A stretch of 64,000 nucleotides of DNA, taken from NCBI GenBank assembly GCA_023920165.1, contig CP089275.1, positions 1,736,001-1,800,000 of the forward strand, read 5' to 3'. A model generated the notes under the pieces. The model saw only the letters and a program-made list of their open reading frames with translations. It ran no database searches and had not been told where the DNA came from. This document shows, piece after piece, positions 47,463 to 60,908 of the stretch (within the stretch, counting starts at the first letter, position 1; every line of letters starts with the position of its first letter). Origin of the DNA: Curvularia clavata. Taxonomy: Eukaryota. The position numbers and the translations under genes were made by a program.

Positions 47463-48394
47463 GATGTGACATTGAATGGGGTGCACGCCGGGACACACAA
47501 GCGGACGGTTGCAAAGGGCAGCCGTGTCTAGGACTGAGACATGTGTGTGGTATGAATGTCGGAGGAGATTCCTGGCCACTCAGGGCGTAGTGGGGCAGCC
47601 GAGATGCAGAGCCAGGGTGTCAGCGGGAGCCGGGCCAGTGGGGTATTTGCTGTGAGTGCACACGTTCGCAGCAAAGTGTCGTCGTCGACGGCGGGCGGGG
47701 ACCAATGGCAAAGGTGTTGAAGTCGTGTATATGCAGACAACCGTCTCCAAACCACTTGTCGTCTCACGATGATGCCGCTACCCAACGGGTGACGCGCCAT
47801 GGCCGATCTGCCGCACTAGGCCGAATCGAGCCGGCAGGTCGACCGCGGGGGTGATTACACACACACCAACCATAACCCACCCGCCACAGACGGGCGGCTG
47901 GCGTTGGTGATCACGGAGACGACGGCCGACAGGCACGGCTCCCGCCGGAATAAAGAAAGCTGTTGTCGCGGGTGTCCCTGTCGTGCGAGCAGCGCTGGGC
48001 GCACAGCGGGTGCATTTGGCAGGGCTGATGTTGATTATGACGTCCTCTACTGGCGTGGTAGCGAACCAGCGAACAGGGCAAGGCGCAAGGCTGCTGTTGC
48101 GGACCGCGCCCATGGGCTGTGGCTGAAAGGCCATCAGTAAGCACTCCACCTGCGCGTGGAATGCTCTCTAATACCGGCGTCCGTCGACGACGACAGCACC
48201 ATCGCCCCCCTCCGCCTCGCACCCCCCGACCCTCGTCCGCAATTGCGCCCTCGCCATGGCAGTCGCGCCCGCTGTGACTGTGTGATCGAGCCACCAGCCG
48301 CCGTCCCATAGCTCCCGCTCCCTCGACAGCCGTCCCTCCATCCCACCAAGAGCATGCCTTAGACGCCCGGGGCGCATCCCATCACACACACAAC

Positions 48395-51300
48395 ATGGCG
48401 CCCGACGGCGACTCTGGGCGGGCAGCGCGCTTTGCCCATATTCTTGCGCGGCTGCAGGAGCTCCCCAACTATGTCTGGGATTCGGAGATTGAACCCTTCC
48501 ACTCGGTGAGTGCCGACTATTAGCATGCCAACCATACCGCAACCCAGTGCGCTAATCACGTGCAGTCCTACGACAACTGGCACTTTTTTGGATACGAAAG
48601 GACCGCCCTTCGCCATGAGCGACCCCTCTCGAGGGGCAGGAGCGACGTCACCTCGTCCGCATCACACTCGCCCAGTTCCACCCGCCCGGCCTACCATCGC
48701 AGCCATCGCAGCTCGGGCTCCGAAGCCAGCGCTTCGACAGTCCTCACACACCACACCCAAACCACTGCAAAAACCCTCGCTCCCGATGGCCGTCCCGTCG
48801 TGTGCCGCGTGTCGCAGCATACTCTGCGACTGGAGCGCGAGTTCCATCTCTCCAAGCTCGTTGTAAAAGAGTCGGATCCCGAGTGCAGGCACTTTGTCCG
48901 TCCAATAGAATTTGCTCGCCTGCCTGCAAAGCAGGGAGAGGACCCGCTGGTTGCCAGCATCTTCGAAGCACCCGGCCCCAACTTCCTCAAGGAACTGGTC
49001 AATTTTGGCCCAAACTGGTACAATTTCCACAGAAATGGCAGCAGCAATACCGTCCACTCGAATGAATTGCTGTCCAATCAGGGCGTGCCCCTCCTCACCT
49101 TCCTCGACTTTGCCGTCGGATCCGTAGAGTGTCTGGAAATATTGCACCATGGTCACGAGATTGTCCATGGCGAAATTCGTGGCGATGCTTTTCACTTTGC
49201 CGAGTCAGGCGCTGTCAAGATGATTGTGAGTAGTTTCTTGTCCCATGCCCTGGAAATAAGCTTGCTGATCTTCCAAAGAACTTTGGCAGTGGCGCACGCT
49301 CATTTGAGAATGGCCTCACCAGTGCCGGCTGGAGTGTTTTATCCAAGGAAGCTGGCGTCGAATTAAAGCTAGCCTTCATCTCTCCCGAGCAGACGGGCCG
49401 CATGCCTGCTGAGCCGGATACACGAACTGACATATACAGCCTTGGTATACTCTTCTACACAATGCTCTGCGGCCATACTCCCTTTGACGGAAACACCGCT
49501 CTCGATGTCATGCAAAATGTCATCAGTAAGCGGATACCCCCGGTCTCTTCGAGACGTCTGGACATCCCCGAGGCTCTTTCCGAGGTCATTCAGCGAATGA
49601 CACAGCGCAATATCGAAGATCGATACCACTCCACTTCAGGACTCAAGTACGATCTTGCCCGTATACGCGAGTTGCTTTGCGAAGGCGACGTAGAAGGGTT
49701 GAAAGCATTCCAGGTTGGCTCAAAGGATATCAGCTGCTTCTTCAATCTCCCCCTCAAAATGATTGGGCGCGAAAAGGAGCGCAAGACAATAGTCGACGTA
49801 ATCGAGCGAGTGGCGAGATACCGCCGCAATGGTGTCAAAAACTTGCAGAGCATGAGTTCAGGCTCCTCCTATTCAGATCAGCGACTGGACCTACAGCTCG
49901 ATGACCTCGTTTCAGAAAGCACCAGCTCGAGGGGTTCCGAAAGTAGATTGAACAGCATCTCGGTAGATGGGCCTGTCTTCATGGAGTCGGCTCGATCCAT
50001 ACAACAAGGCTCTCAAGACAGTGTCGCGCAATCAGAGACTTCTACAGCTGACGGAAGCATGGAAAATCGACCGCATTTACAGCTTTCCCATAGAGGAAGA
50101 TCCAACAACAGCACTGAAGGCTCATTATACCCTTCTCGCTCACATCAGTCCAACGAGGGCCTACGGACCTTGGCAAGTACACGGAGACTGAGGCGGAAGG
50201 CTCGCTGCGAGGTAAGAACATCTGATGTCGTGTATCCTCTGTGCCTAACGCTAACCTGGAGCAGGTATGTCATTTCTATGGACTTGCAACAAGGGCTGAA
50301 AATACAGCTCGCTTTCCGAGTAATGTATACTGACCAACTATGTAGGTGATAGCAATTGGTGGAGCCACTGGACTGGGCAAGTCCCGTTTAGTGCAGAGCA
50401 TACAGAGTACTGCACGAAGTACAGGTTATTTCGCAATGGCTAAATTCGACCCCGATAAGAAAGCGCCTTTCGATCCCATCCTCAGGCTCATGTCTTCCTT
50501 CTTTAGGCAAATCTTCTCCGAGGCGGATGTCATGACTGATTTCCATCAGCGATTACGTCACTATCTTCGGAATAGCGGCGTTTGGATGGTACTGCGAAGT
50601 TATCTTGACCTGCCGGAATGGCTCTTGAACACGAACAATGCACCCAAAACACCCCAGCAAAAAGACCTAGATTTTATCAAGGATCGCCGTGCATCTTCTC
50701 CTGCTGTTCATTGCGGGACTGCTGGGCACACCGCCGAGGCCTGGCTAAGAAGTGGAGGGGCCTCGAAATCGTCCCGATTCATGAATGTCTTCATAGATGT
50801 CTTGCGGCTCCTTGCGATGCACAAGCTCTGTACTTGGTGCCTGGAAGATGTGCAAAACGCCGATCCAGAAAGTGCAGAGCTCATACATCACATTGTCCAA
50901 GCCAAGATACCCCTCGTCTTGATGTTCACTTACACACACGAGGAGACATTGCCTCGGGAGCTCAGTTCCCTGCTCCGGAATGCCACCAAGGTTCAACTGC
51001 TGCCATTCACTGAAGCTCAAACTGCCGAGTACGTGGCCGAAACTCTTCATCGAGATTACCACTATATCCTTCCATTGGTGGCGGTCATCCAGGAAAAGTC
51101 TCGAGGCAATCTTTTTTACATACGAGAAATTCTTGACACATGCTATAGAAAACGATGTGTCTTCTATGAATGGCGAGAGAACAATTGGGTTTTTGACATA
51201 GACAGGGTCTTCGAAGTGTTTGAAACTCCCGAGTATGGGTCTGCTGTCACGAATGATTTCATTGCTCGACGCCTAACCGATCTGCCGGGTGGGAGTAGAA

Positions 51301-54300
51301 AACTCCTGGCGTGGGCTTCTCTCTTGGGCGGTACCTTTTCGTTCGAGCTTCTGAAGAGACTTTTGAGACCGACATACGACCAACCTCCCGGAGCTAGACT
51401 GCCACTTTTTCAAAAGGATGAATGTGCTGTCACAGCCCTTAATGAAGCGCTGAAGGCGTACGTGCTGATGCCTGCCGAGCACGACGCTCGGTTCAGGTTC
51501 AGTCACGATAGATATTTGACAGCAGCTGCCAGTTCGCTGGACAAGGAGTGGGACACTCAGCTGATGCACTTTACTATTGCCAAAATGATCATCTCAGGAA
51601 AGGAGTATCTGGATGACCCAGAGCTGAGTTCGAAAGCGTTATACATGCAGAGTCGCCACATCTGTCTAGCGGCAGAGTTGATCAAATCCAAAGTACCGGT
51701 ACGAGCCCCGTTTCGCGACATGCTTTACCAAGCAGGAGAGACGGCATGCGAGTCCGGGGCGAGATCAACCGGTATCTACTACTTCGCACACAGTCTCAAG
51801 CTATTACAAGACGATCCGTGGGACGAAAGCAAACCAGATGTGTCGTATCAGGAGACTTTGCAGCTTTTTGTACGCTCAGCCGAATGCTACTGGCATCAGG
51901 GCATGTATGAGGAAGCCCTTAGTCTGATTGAGACTACGTTCAAGCACGCAAAGGACCCATGCGACAAAGCTAGCTCATACATTCTACAGTCCCGCGTTTT
52001 CGCCATTTGTGGCGATAGTTCTGGGTATGTAACTTTCCTATGCCCCTCCCCCTATTCGTGTAGTCACTGCACCATTCTTGAACAACATGCTAACGTTGGC
52101 ACACATGCAGAGCTCTCGAGTCCCTGCGAAACTGCTTGTCCTTGCTTGGGTATCCTATTCCGCCCACAACGTGGGAAGAATGTGATGCACAGTTTCAAGA
52201 GATTTATAGCATGCTTCAAAAGGCTGACAAGAACGAGTTACTCATGGCACGTCCGCCCACCAATGATCGTATCTTAATGACCATTGGCCCTGTGTTCGTG
52301 GAGCTTCTTAGCGCGGCGTTCTGGTCAAACAGCTTGCTCTTCTACCAAGCTACACTAATGCTGATAAAGGTGCATCTCAAACACGGCACACTGTCGCAAG
52401 TTGCGCTCGCGTATGTGCACCTGGGTAGCATTGCTGGTGGGCGGTTCAACATGACTCAGTTCGCTGTCGACATGGGTGGCATGGCAAAGCGCGTCTTTCA
52501 AATGTTCCCCGAAGATTACTACACTCTGGGCAGAGCCCAGACGCTACAACCTTTGTTCCTAGGTCACTTGGAAGAGCCCGTGTGCGATCTAATACCCTAT
52601 CTAGAAGAGGCTTTACAGGCTTCTCTTACTGCAGGCGATCGCATCCTCACGCTTCTGAATGTTGGTGTTCAGGCTCATTTCAGGATGATAGCATCCCATG
52701 ATGTTGCTGAGCTAGAAGCCTGGATCGAGGAGACACCTCTGGACATGAAGAACTGGCCAAAGGATTTGAGAGGAGGTGTCTTCTTAATAGCCAGCCGCCA
52801 ATATGCGAGAGCTCTCCAAGGGAAAACGGATACAAGCAACCCAGCATCGATTTTCTCCGATCACGAACACAATGAGGCACAGTATATTGAATTCCTTGAG
52901 AAGACAGCGAGCAACCCGAAGCGGCCAAAATCGATATATTTTGCTACCAAACTTCCATTGTTGGTACTGTTCGGTTTCAACTCGGAAGCAGTCGCTCTTG
53001 GTGAGCAATTACTTCCTATGCTAAGCAGCCTCTGGTGTGAACGTTCAAACTACTCTGTCAGATACTATCTGTCGTTAGCGTACATGGCAGTCCTTAGAGA
53101 GGATCCTCAGGACCCTCGAAAAGACGAAATGCTCCGCCATGTTCAAGAAACACTCAAGCTACTGGACGCGTGTTGTACAATCACTGACGTCAATTATCGA
53201 GGCTGGAAGCACATCCTTACTGCCTTGCTAGCAGACATCAGTGCTGACCATCAGTCTGCCCTGCAAAACTATGAAGCCGCTATGGACCATTGCCAGTGCC
53301 ATAACTTCACTCTCGACGAGGCATTTGCTCTTGAGCTGTACGCTGAATGGCTTGTGCGGAAACAGGCTCACAGAGCAGCTCGGCATACGCTGAAGGACTG
53401 CATCTCAACATATAGACGAATTTCTGCATTCGGAAAAGCGAACCACTTCGCAAGCAAACATGAGTCCATTCTTCGTCGCGGTATCTCGATGGCCGTTCAG
53501 GATGCCGCTGTCCAGACTTTAATCACTGACACAAACAACACTGCCTTCAGGCTCGAGCAAAACGACCTGGGAACCGAAACAGCCGTCGACCGAACGCAGA
53601 ATTGGATAGTTCCCGAGGGCACTCGTCGTCAAGAGTCCGCCCAAGGTCTGCAGAATGGCCTGTCAGCTGTAGGCCTCGACATGTTAGATCTCTCCTCTAT
53701 CCTCGAGTCAAGCCAAGTCCTTTCGAGCGAGTTGGTGGTAGACAAGCTCATGGCAAAAATGAGCTCCATTCTCCTAGAATCTACCGGAGGCACACTTTGT
53801 GGTATTGTCGTCGAAGACCCGCAGATCGAGTGGTCCATTGCATGCGTAGCAACCAATGAGCCTGACAACGACAGTGGGTTCAACTCTGGCGTCACATCGT
53901 TTCCTGCAAGCCAGCCTCTGGATACTGTAGACGATGTTGTAGCTCGACAGGTGACACTTTATACCTTGCGCTTCCGAGAAACCGTCTTTGTTCAGAACCT
54001 ACTAGAAGATGACCGGTTTTCCAACGTCTCGGACTCATACCTGCGACGCAACCCAGAAGGCAAAGCGGTCATCTGTATCCCTATCGTACACAGCGATCAT
54101 CTCCTGGGGTCAATCTACGTCGAAGGCCCGCCCAACTCGTTTACCGAGAGAAATACACAAGTTCTTCGACTACTGGTTAATCAGATATCCATATCTTTGG
54201 CCAATGCGCTACTGTTCAAAGAAGTGGAAAGGGTCTCTGCGAGCAACGAAGCAATGCTCGAGATGCAGAAACGGGCCTTGGCACAGGCTCGAGCTGCAGA

Positions 54301-56012
54301 GATCAAAGCAAAAGAAGCCGAGGCCAATGCCATCCGTAACATGCGGTTGAAGGAAGAAGCAGCCAAGGCCAAGAGTCTCTTCTTGGCCAACGTTTCGCAT
54401 GAACTGCGAACACCGTTGAACGGAGTCATTGGAATGTCGGAGCTGCTGAAAGCATCGCCTCTTAATGCAGAGCAATCAGGATACGCGGACTCGATTCGCG
54501 TCTGCGCTGATACATTGCTGTCGATTATCAATGACCTGCTTGACTATTCCAAACTTGAGGCTGGCAAGATGAACGTCATGGAGATGCCCATTTCGCTCAA
54601 CGAAACCATTGCCGAAGTTGTTCGTGCGCTTGCATACACAAATGCTGAGCGAGGACTCAAGACCATTGAACAGCTGGAGCTAGATCCGGAAATGCTAGTC
54701 ATGGGCGATCCTGTCCGACTTCACCAGATTTTAATGAACTTGTTATCCAACAGCTACAAGTTTACGCCGAGAGGATCGGTCACCGTTCGCGCAGTTGTGG
54801 ATCAAGAGACAAGCGAATGGGCAGATGTCACGTGCAGCGTCATCGACACTGGTATTGGTATTCCGGACGAGCAGAAGCAAAAGTTGTTCCTCCCCTTTTC
54901 ACAAATCGAGTCCAGCTCTGCTAGAAGCTATGGAGGCACGGGCCTTGGCCTCAGCATCTGCAAAGCTCTCATCGAAAACGTTATGCATGGGACAGTGCGC
55001 CTCGACAGTCAGCCAGGCAAGGGCACAACAGTTACCTTCTCGCTTCGCTTCAAGAAGGTACCAAAGGCACAGGCAGGAAATCAGCAGCAGAGGAGCAGAG
55101 AACCCGATCCTATGGCCAGATTCTCAAGCCAGGAAAACAATGGCCACGAGCACTCGTCTGGTGCATGCATTGACCTTTCTACCGTGCCCAGACGAGACCT
55201 ACGGGTTTGCATTGCAGAGGACAATCTGATCAACCAACGCATCGCCATTAGCTTTGTACAAAGGCTTGGTTTCAAGTGTGATGCTTATCTCGACGGCTTT
55301 AAGACAATTGATGCCCTGGAACGTGCATCTGAGAACGGCCGGCCTTTCCACCTTGTCCTTATGGATGTGCAAATGCCACATTGTGATGGTTATGAAGGTA
55401 AGACGATGCATTTCTACCGTCGATTTGGCTTGCAGATGCTGACCCTATGCAGCTACCAGACTGATCCGGAAGCATCCTAACCCTGAGATAAGAAATGTTC
55501 TCATCATTGCCATGACAGCTTCGGCGATACAAGGCGACCGTGAGAAGTGTATGTATATTTTCTTGATGCGAAATGACCTAGATGGATTGACTAACTCCAA
55601 CAAAGGCATTGAAAGTGGTATGAACAATTACCTGGCAAAGCCCGTGCGCGCACAGACACTCCAAGCCCTGCTCGAGTCGTACCTGAACAAGAACAACGAG
55701 ACTCAGGAGATTCCTAATCTGGCACAAGAGGCGAAGAAGATGGTCAAAGAAGCACTAAAGGAAGCCCAGGCACTGCCCAATGTCACTGGGGGAAATGAAA
55801 ACATGAAGAAGGAAGTGGGTATTGAGAATGTCGCGGCAGGGGTAAAGAAGGATTCAAATGGCGAAAGCACAGGGTTAAAGGGTAAGAAGGAATCAGATGC
55901 TGAGAGCAAAGCGGCGGATGCAAAAGTAGACCGCCCATCCGGGGTCCGCATGTCCACGACACAGCACATATTACCAAACGGGAAGACGGAGCCTGTGCCG
56001 CCTTCAGGATAA
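48395..56012 (+). CDS. Group X hybrid histidine kinase (Ser/Thr kinase-like, AAA ATPase, GAF, HisKA, HATPase, REC; Chk1/Mak2/Phk-like); exons 48395-48505, 48566-49225, 49279-50211, 50346-52024, 52111-55397, 55453-55548, 55606-56012
   Basis: Kinase-like domain (HGEIRGDAF, NFGSG, ISPEQTGR, DIYSLG), P-loop GATGLGKS, GAF (VICIPI..LLGSIYVE), H-box LANVSHELRTPLNG, N-box NLLSNSYKFT, DTGIG, GGTGLGLSI, and receiver LVLMDVQMP..MTASA..LAKP. All splice junctions preserve the frame. Confidence 0.94.
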
Positions 56013-57005
56013 GGGTGCTTCTGTTTTTGGTTACCGTGGGGAGTTGTCTGGATGGCTCCAGGGTGGTTAGCTGCTTTATGGGCTTTAAGTGCTGATGGTT
56101 ATACGCTGCATTATAAGGCGTTCTGTGCACAGAGAAGCAACGCTTGCAAAAGAGAAGGTGGCGTTCTGAGGGCACAATGAATCTTCTTGGTACATAGGTC
56201 TTTTATACTGTTCATTCAAGTGGATGATTGTCGATATCAGTCTGTACATATGGTATATATTTTACCAAGGGCCATACTGTGTGATGGTAGTGGTGAGTCT
56301 GGTTGGTTCTCTTTACCGCGGAGCTCAGCTGAGATTGGACACTAAAGTATGAGAGGGGCAAGCGCATCCTACGCGTCATCACGGGGAAGTATACGCTCCG
56401 GTCGCAGCCACTGGCTGTCATGACCGTATATCCGATCCAGCCGGTATTGGCGCTCTGGCCAAGCCATTGCCCGAGCGTCTCGCCGACTTGTCGAAGTTTG
56501 CAGACCGCATATCCGGCAACACTGCGGCGCAGTCACTCAACCACACAGCGTGTCAGAAGTGGCTCATGTAAACGTGGCTCAAACGATGAGGTGGCTCAGT
56601 CGCCAATGGGGCGGGTAGACTAAGCGTTTCGTGATACAACCTTATGGTGCCAAAACAGGCGCCTACTTGAGGGAATAAACTGCCTTTGAAATCGTCGCTG
56701 CACGTCAGAAAAGGGGAGTGCGTCACGCTCGGCTGACGGCTTGTGCGCAGGTCAATCACTGGATAGTCGGCATGCCATGCGAGCCGTCGGCTGACTGGGT
56801 TTTTGCTGGTGTTTTCTTTCCTTCCTTTTTTCCTTTCTTCTTGTTCATCTTGTCCGACTGTTGAGTTCCCTTTGTCTCTCCAACTACTCGTACTGAAAAG
56901 CCTGTCTGTATTCGTGAAGCATTGTTTCACTTTTCCCTTGATGGTGCAAGAACACACTGGCACACACACTACTACTACTACTACCACCACTACATACAAT
57001 CCAAC

Positions 57006-57779
57006 ATGACTTCCACTACTACCAACACCATCACACAGCCCAAGCGACACCAGTTCCTACACCGAGACCGCAGCGGAAGCCACCTGTCCTCCGTACGCTC
57101 CTTCTCCGCACCCTCAATCCACTCTCTAAAAGAGTACCCCCGCGTCTTCCAAGGCACCGACGCCGTACCCCAGAACCAAAGAGTCGCCCTCCAACGCATC
57201 ATCGATACGCATCAAGCCCTCGAACTCAAGTACGAACACGAGCAAGTCTCTACCCCCACGAGCACCACCAGCGACCGACCGACCTCCTCATCCTCCTCGA
57301 TCCTCTCCACCGACCCCTTTACCCTCGACTTCAGCAACATTGCCGTGTCCGACGCCGAACTCCGCGCCTTCCGCTACCTCCTCCGCCTCTGGGACGAGAA
57401 GTCCTACCCTGCAGACCCGGAATTTGACGCCGCCATTGCACCCATCCGGCCGCAGTTTGAAGAACGAGCACTCAAGCACTTTATCAATCGCGTGGCACTA
57501 TGGGACGCAAGTACCGATAGCAGTGATAGCATGAGTCGCTCGATTTTCGCATTCAGGCGGCGGAGGAGGTCCAGGGCGAAGAGCGTGAGTCAGGCGTTGG
57601 GGGAGGCGGGGAGAGAAGAGGCGAGAGATGTGCTCAAGGAGGTTGCGACGAGAGAGGGATTGGCCCAGCTGGTGTGGACGCTGTTGCATGATCCCAAGGT
57701 CATGAGTGGATCGAGCCTGAAGGATAGGTGCACAGAGGCGTTGAAGGAGATGTATCGGATGACTTCGACCACGCCGTGA
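57006..57779 (+). CDS. Hypothetical protein (~257 aa)
   Basis: Single-exon ORF with a CAACATG start context and coding-like codon use. No recognisable motif. Confidence 0.6.
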   Translation: MTSTTTNTITQPKRHQFLHRDRSGSHLSSVRSFSAPSIHSLKEYPRVFQGTDAVPQNQRVALQRIIDTHQALELKYEHEQVSTPTSTTSDRPTSSSSSILSTDPFTLDFSNIAVSDAELRAFRYLLRLWDEKSYPADPEFDAAIAPIRPQFEERALKHFINRVALWDASTDSSDSMSRSIFAFRRRRRSRAKSVSQALGEAGREEARDVLKEVATREGLAQLVWTLLHDPKVMSGSSLKDRCTEALKEMYRMTSTTP

Positions 57780-58298
57780 CGGCTGGTGGTAAAATAAGGG
57801 CTTCTTGGAATGAATAAGTGGAGTTTTGGTACGTTTTTTGGCGCGTGTATGGTTCGGGTGATTAGGTAGGGTAGGATTGAGGAGTTGGGTTTGTGTTAAC
57901 ACTGTATATTGTGAACATCTCTTGTCAGCTGAGATGGAATAGTTGCCATCGTCACACGTAAGACAGCGTCTAATTGATATGTCGAATCGAACATAGCTTC
58001 GCAGTGCCGAGCTACTGTAATCCTCGGACTACAGTTTTCATCAGATGAATGGTGAAAGGATAACCTTGTTCAATGCAACGTTGTTCAGTGTTGTTCTCTG
58101 AAAAACAAATATGATATCGGCACCCCTCCCCTTATCGCATGCCAGTACCAGCCACACTCATGTGACGTCACTGCACCTACCCGATTCTTATGGCTTCGTG
58201 GCACAAGCACAGCACTCACTCATCCTCTCTGGACGGACACTTGATTCTCAAAAACCTGCGCCACAGCATATACGAACACGGACATAACAACATCCAAG

Positions 58299-59169
58299 AT
58301 GCCTTTTCTCCGCCTCGGATACAAGCGTATGCACTATGCAGACCTGAAGCCAGAAGACGGACAAGTGCGAGAGACACTGATCTTCATGCATGGTCTGGGC
58401 TCGTCGCAAAACTACTACTATGCGGTATGTCAGAAGCTCGTGACTAGCGGGTTTCGCTGCATAACATTTGATAATACGGGAGCTGGACGATCGCCGTATA
58501 CGTTTGTCGAACAGAGCGTTGAGACGTTGGGTGAAGATGTTGTGGGGATCTTAGATGCACTGGGCATTGAGAAGGCGGTGTTTGTTGGTCACAGTATGGG
58601 AGGGTATGTTCCATTGCACAATCGAAAAACAACAGCCCCCGTGGCAGAACAGAACAAAAGCTGACTTCTGCTATGGAATCGTGGGCGCCCATCTTGCCGC
58701 TAAGCGGAGCGACCGCATTGTTGCAGCTATTCTCATCGGCCCCGTGTACCCCAACCCTGGGTTGACTCCAATCTTCGAGAAGCGGATTGAGGCCGTCCAG
58801 AAAGACGGTATGCAGCCCATGGCCGACAGCGTCCCGCAAGCAGCGGTCGGAAAGAAAGCTTCCCCACTCGCTAAGGCGATGATCCGCGAGTTACTTTTGT
58901 CACAGGACCCAGCCGGTTACGTATCCAACTGCCGAGTCATCATTAATGCAAAGCCGCCTCAGTATGGCGACATCGGCGTGCCTGTCCTGATTATCGCGGG
59001 CAGCGAGGACAAGAGCGCGCCGCTCGAAGGGTGCCAGAGGATGTTTGGCGAGATTGGCACCAGCGAGAAGAAGTTGGAGATTCTAGAGGGAATCGGACAC
59101 TGGCATTGTCTCGAAGCAGCCGAAGAGGTGGCGGGCGTGATTGAGACGTTTTACCACGAGATACAATAA
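58299..59169 (+). CDS. Alpha/beta hydrolase (3-oxoadipate enol-lactonase-like); intron from 58604 with an anomalous acceptor
   Basis: HGLGSS oxyanion motif, FDNTGAGRS, nucleophile GHSMGG, Asp in GSEDKSAP, and His in GIGHWH. Confidence 0.85.
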
Positions 59170-60908
59170 GAGGCACTACTATACCCTTGCACCCGTTTGT
59201 TTCTCGTCTGGGCATGGCGGAACCATGCACGAACCATGCGTTAGGGGAAACGGGAGATGGGGAGGAGGAGTCGACACTCGATATTGCGCAACAGTGTCAT
59301 GAGGACAAATCACGGCGAAGATGCCAAATCATACCGCTCTTTGTGTAGCAGTGCCGCGGTGTGCTATGTGGAGTCCAAGAGGGGTTCGTGAGGCGCGCAC
59401 GTGCGAAGGAAGCCGATCTCGTCGAAGAAGATGCATGCAGCTCATTACTAGCCGCCTCAGGTAAGCCGCGAGCGGCAAGCTTGAGAGGATTGGAGTGGTG
59501 TTGGTGGGTGTGCCGCGCCGCATGACACAGTCATTGGCGCCGTCCCTGGCGCCAGGTCCCTCTAGCCCCCCAACCCGACGGCCTTCTGTCAGCAGTAAGA
59601 CAGCGGGCCGTCCTTCCACACAGCACGTCTTCTCCAGTCGTCCTCACAGAACTCGCAGCACCCACGGCGGTAATCCGTGCGAGGATCCTTTTACCCGCGC
59701 TCTTCATACGCGCCTCGGGCTTGCACGAACCGTGCTATTTATGTACGCACACAGAAGACATGGACAGCCCAGCTGCAGCGCGTTCCGCGATGGCGGGATT
59801 AGGGCCTTGTCGATGACCCTGACAGTCTTTGATCGGCCTTGCAGCTACAGACTATCTCAGGCTCAGAGTTTCCGCGTATGATTGCCAAAGTCGAGCGCGT
59901 GGATCTTGGCACAGTGTCGATTGGTGTGCCGTTCTCTCCTTTGATTCGGTCCTACCCGCTGCTCATGCAGAATCTGAACTGGCCTGGCTAGCGTGTCTCT
60001 AGTCAATACACGAGGCTGCCTCATGCTATTCGATACCATCCCACGCCTCAACCTGTCACAAGGACACACATACACACGCCGCTTTCACATGTCAGGCACG
60101 GCGATGCCATCACCATGCTTATCATTCCCAAATACTCTTTTTCCTTTTTGCCTTTCCACGAGGCTTGCAACTCCAGCCGTGACATATTTAGTGCACCTGT
60201 CATGCTCTCTGTCTCATACGCACGGAAGCTAGTCCCACATCTTCTTCCCCAGTTTTTTTCGCTGAAAAATCGTGCCGCTAACTCTCTTTCAAACAACCAG
60301 TCCCCCGCGAGATAACCAAATCTTGTGAGGCGGTGAACTGGTCCCTTTGGCGTACAGGACAGGCCCGCCCACGCGCTCGGCTCAAACTCGTTAAACATTG
60401 TCCCACGGCCGTTCGGCTGCTATCCGGTCTGGACCAACCAACGGCTCAGACTGACTTTTTGGTCGTTCGGATCCGTTTTCTTTATATACTAGTCCTTGCC
60501 GCCTGCTCTGCCTACTGATCGAGTCGGTTGATTCCAATAGTTCCAGGCGGGTCGCGCACACTGCGTCACTTGACTGGCCCCCCAACAACTACTTGGTACC
60601 GCATACCCTGGTTGCCATTTTCGGTTTTGACTCTGCTCTCCATTTCTTCTTTTACGCCTGTCTACATATGAGTGAGATTCTACGCGCCGCTGTCGCATCT
60701 TCTTCATTTCGCGTGTTGGCGCTGGCTGCTGGTATGGGCGTTTTACCCCTTGAGCACAGAACCTGCCTATTTGGATACTAACGACCGATATAGACGACTA
60801 CCGAGATTATCAACGACTAAGTCGATATTAACGGTGCCATACCGACCAAAATATATCTCACCTCTACGTCACTATCCTTTTTTAAATCGTCCCTTCTATG
60901 GATCGACA

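Noticed and set aside
47500..48390. Short ORFs between the DIL gene and the histidine kinase
   Set aside because: This is a GC-rich divergent promoter/UTR region, and the translations lack protein-like features.
56960..56993. (CA)n/(ACT)n tract read as poly-Tyr/His or poly-Thr
   Set aside because: It is a short microsatellite in the presumed 5' UTR, upstream of the ATG at 57006.
60672..60908. N-terminal extension of the 389-aa ORF
   Set aside because: It starts at GTG and looks UTR-like. The ATG at 60909 has a better context.
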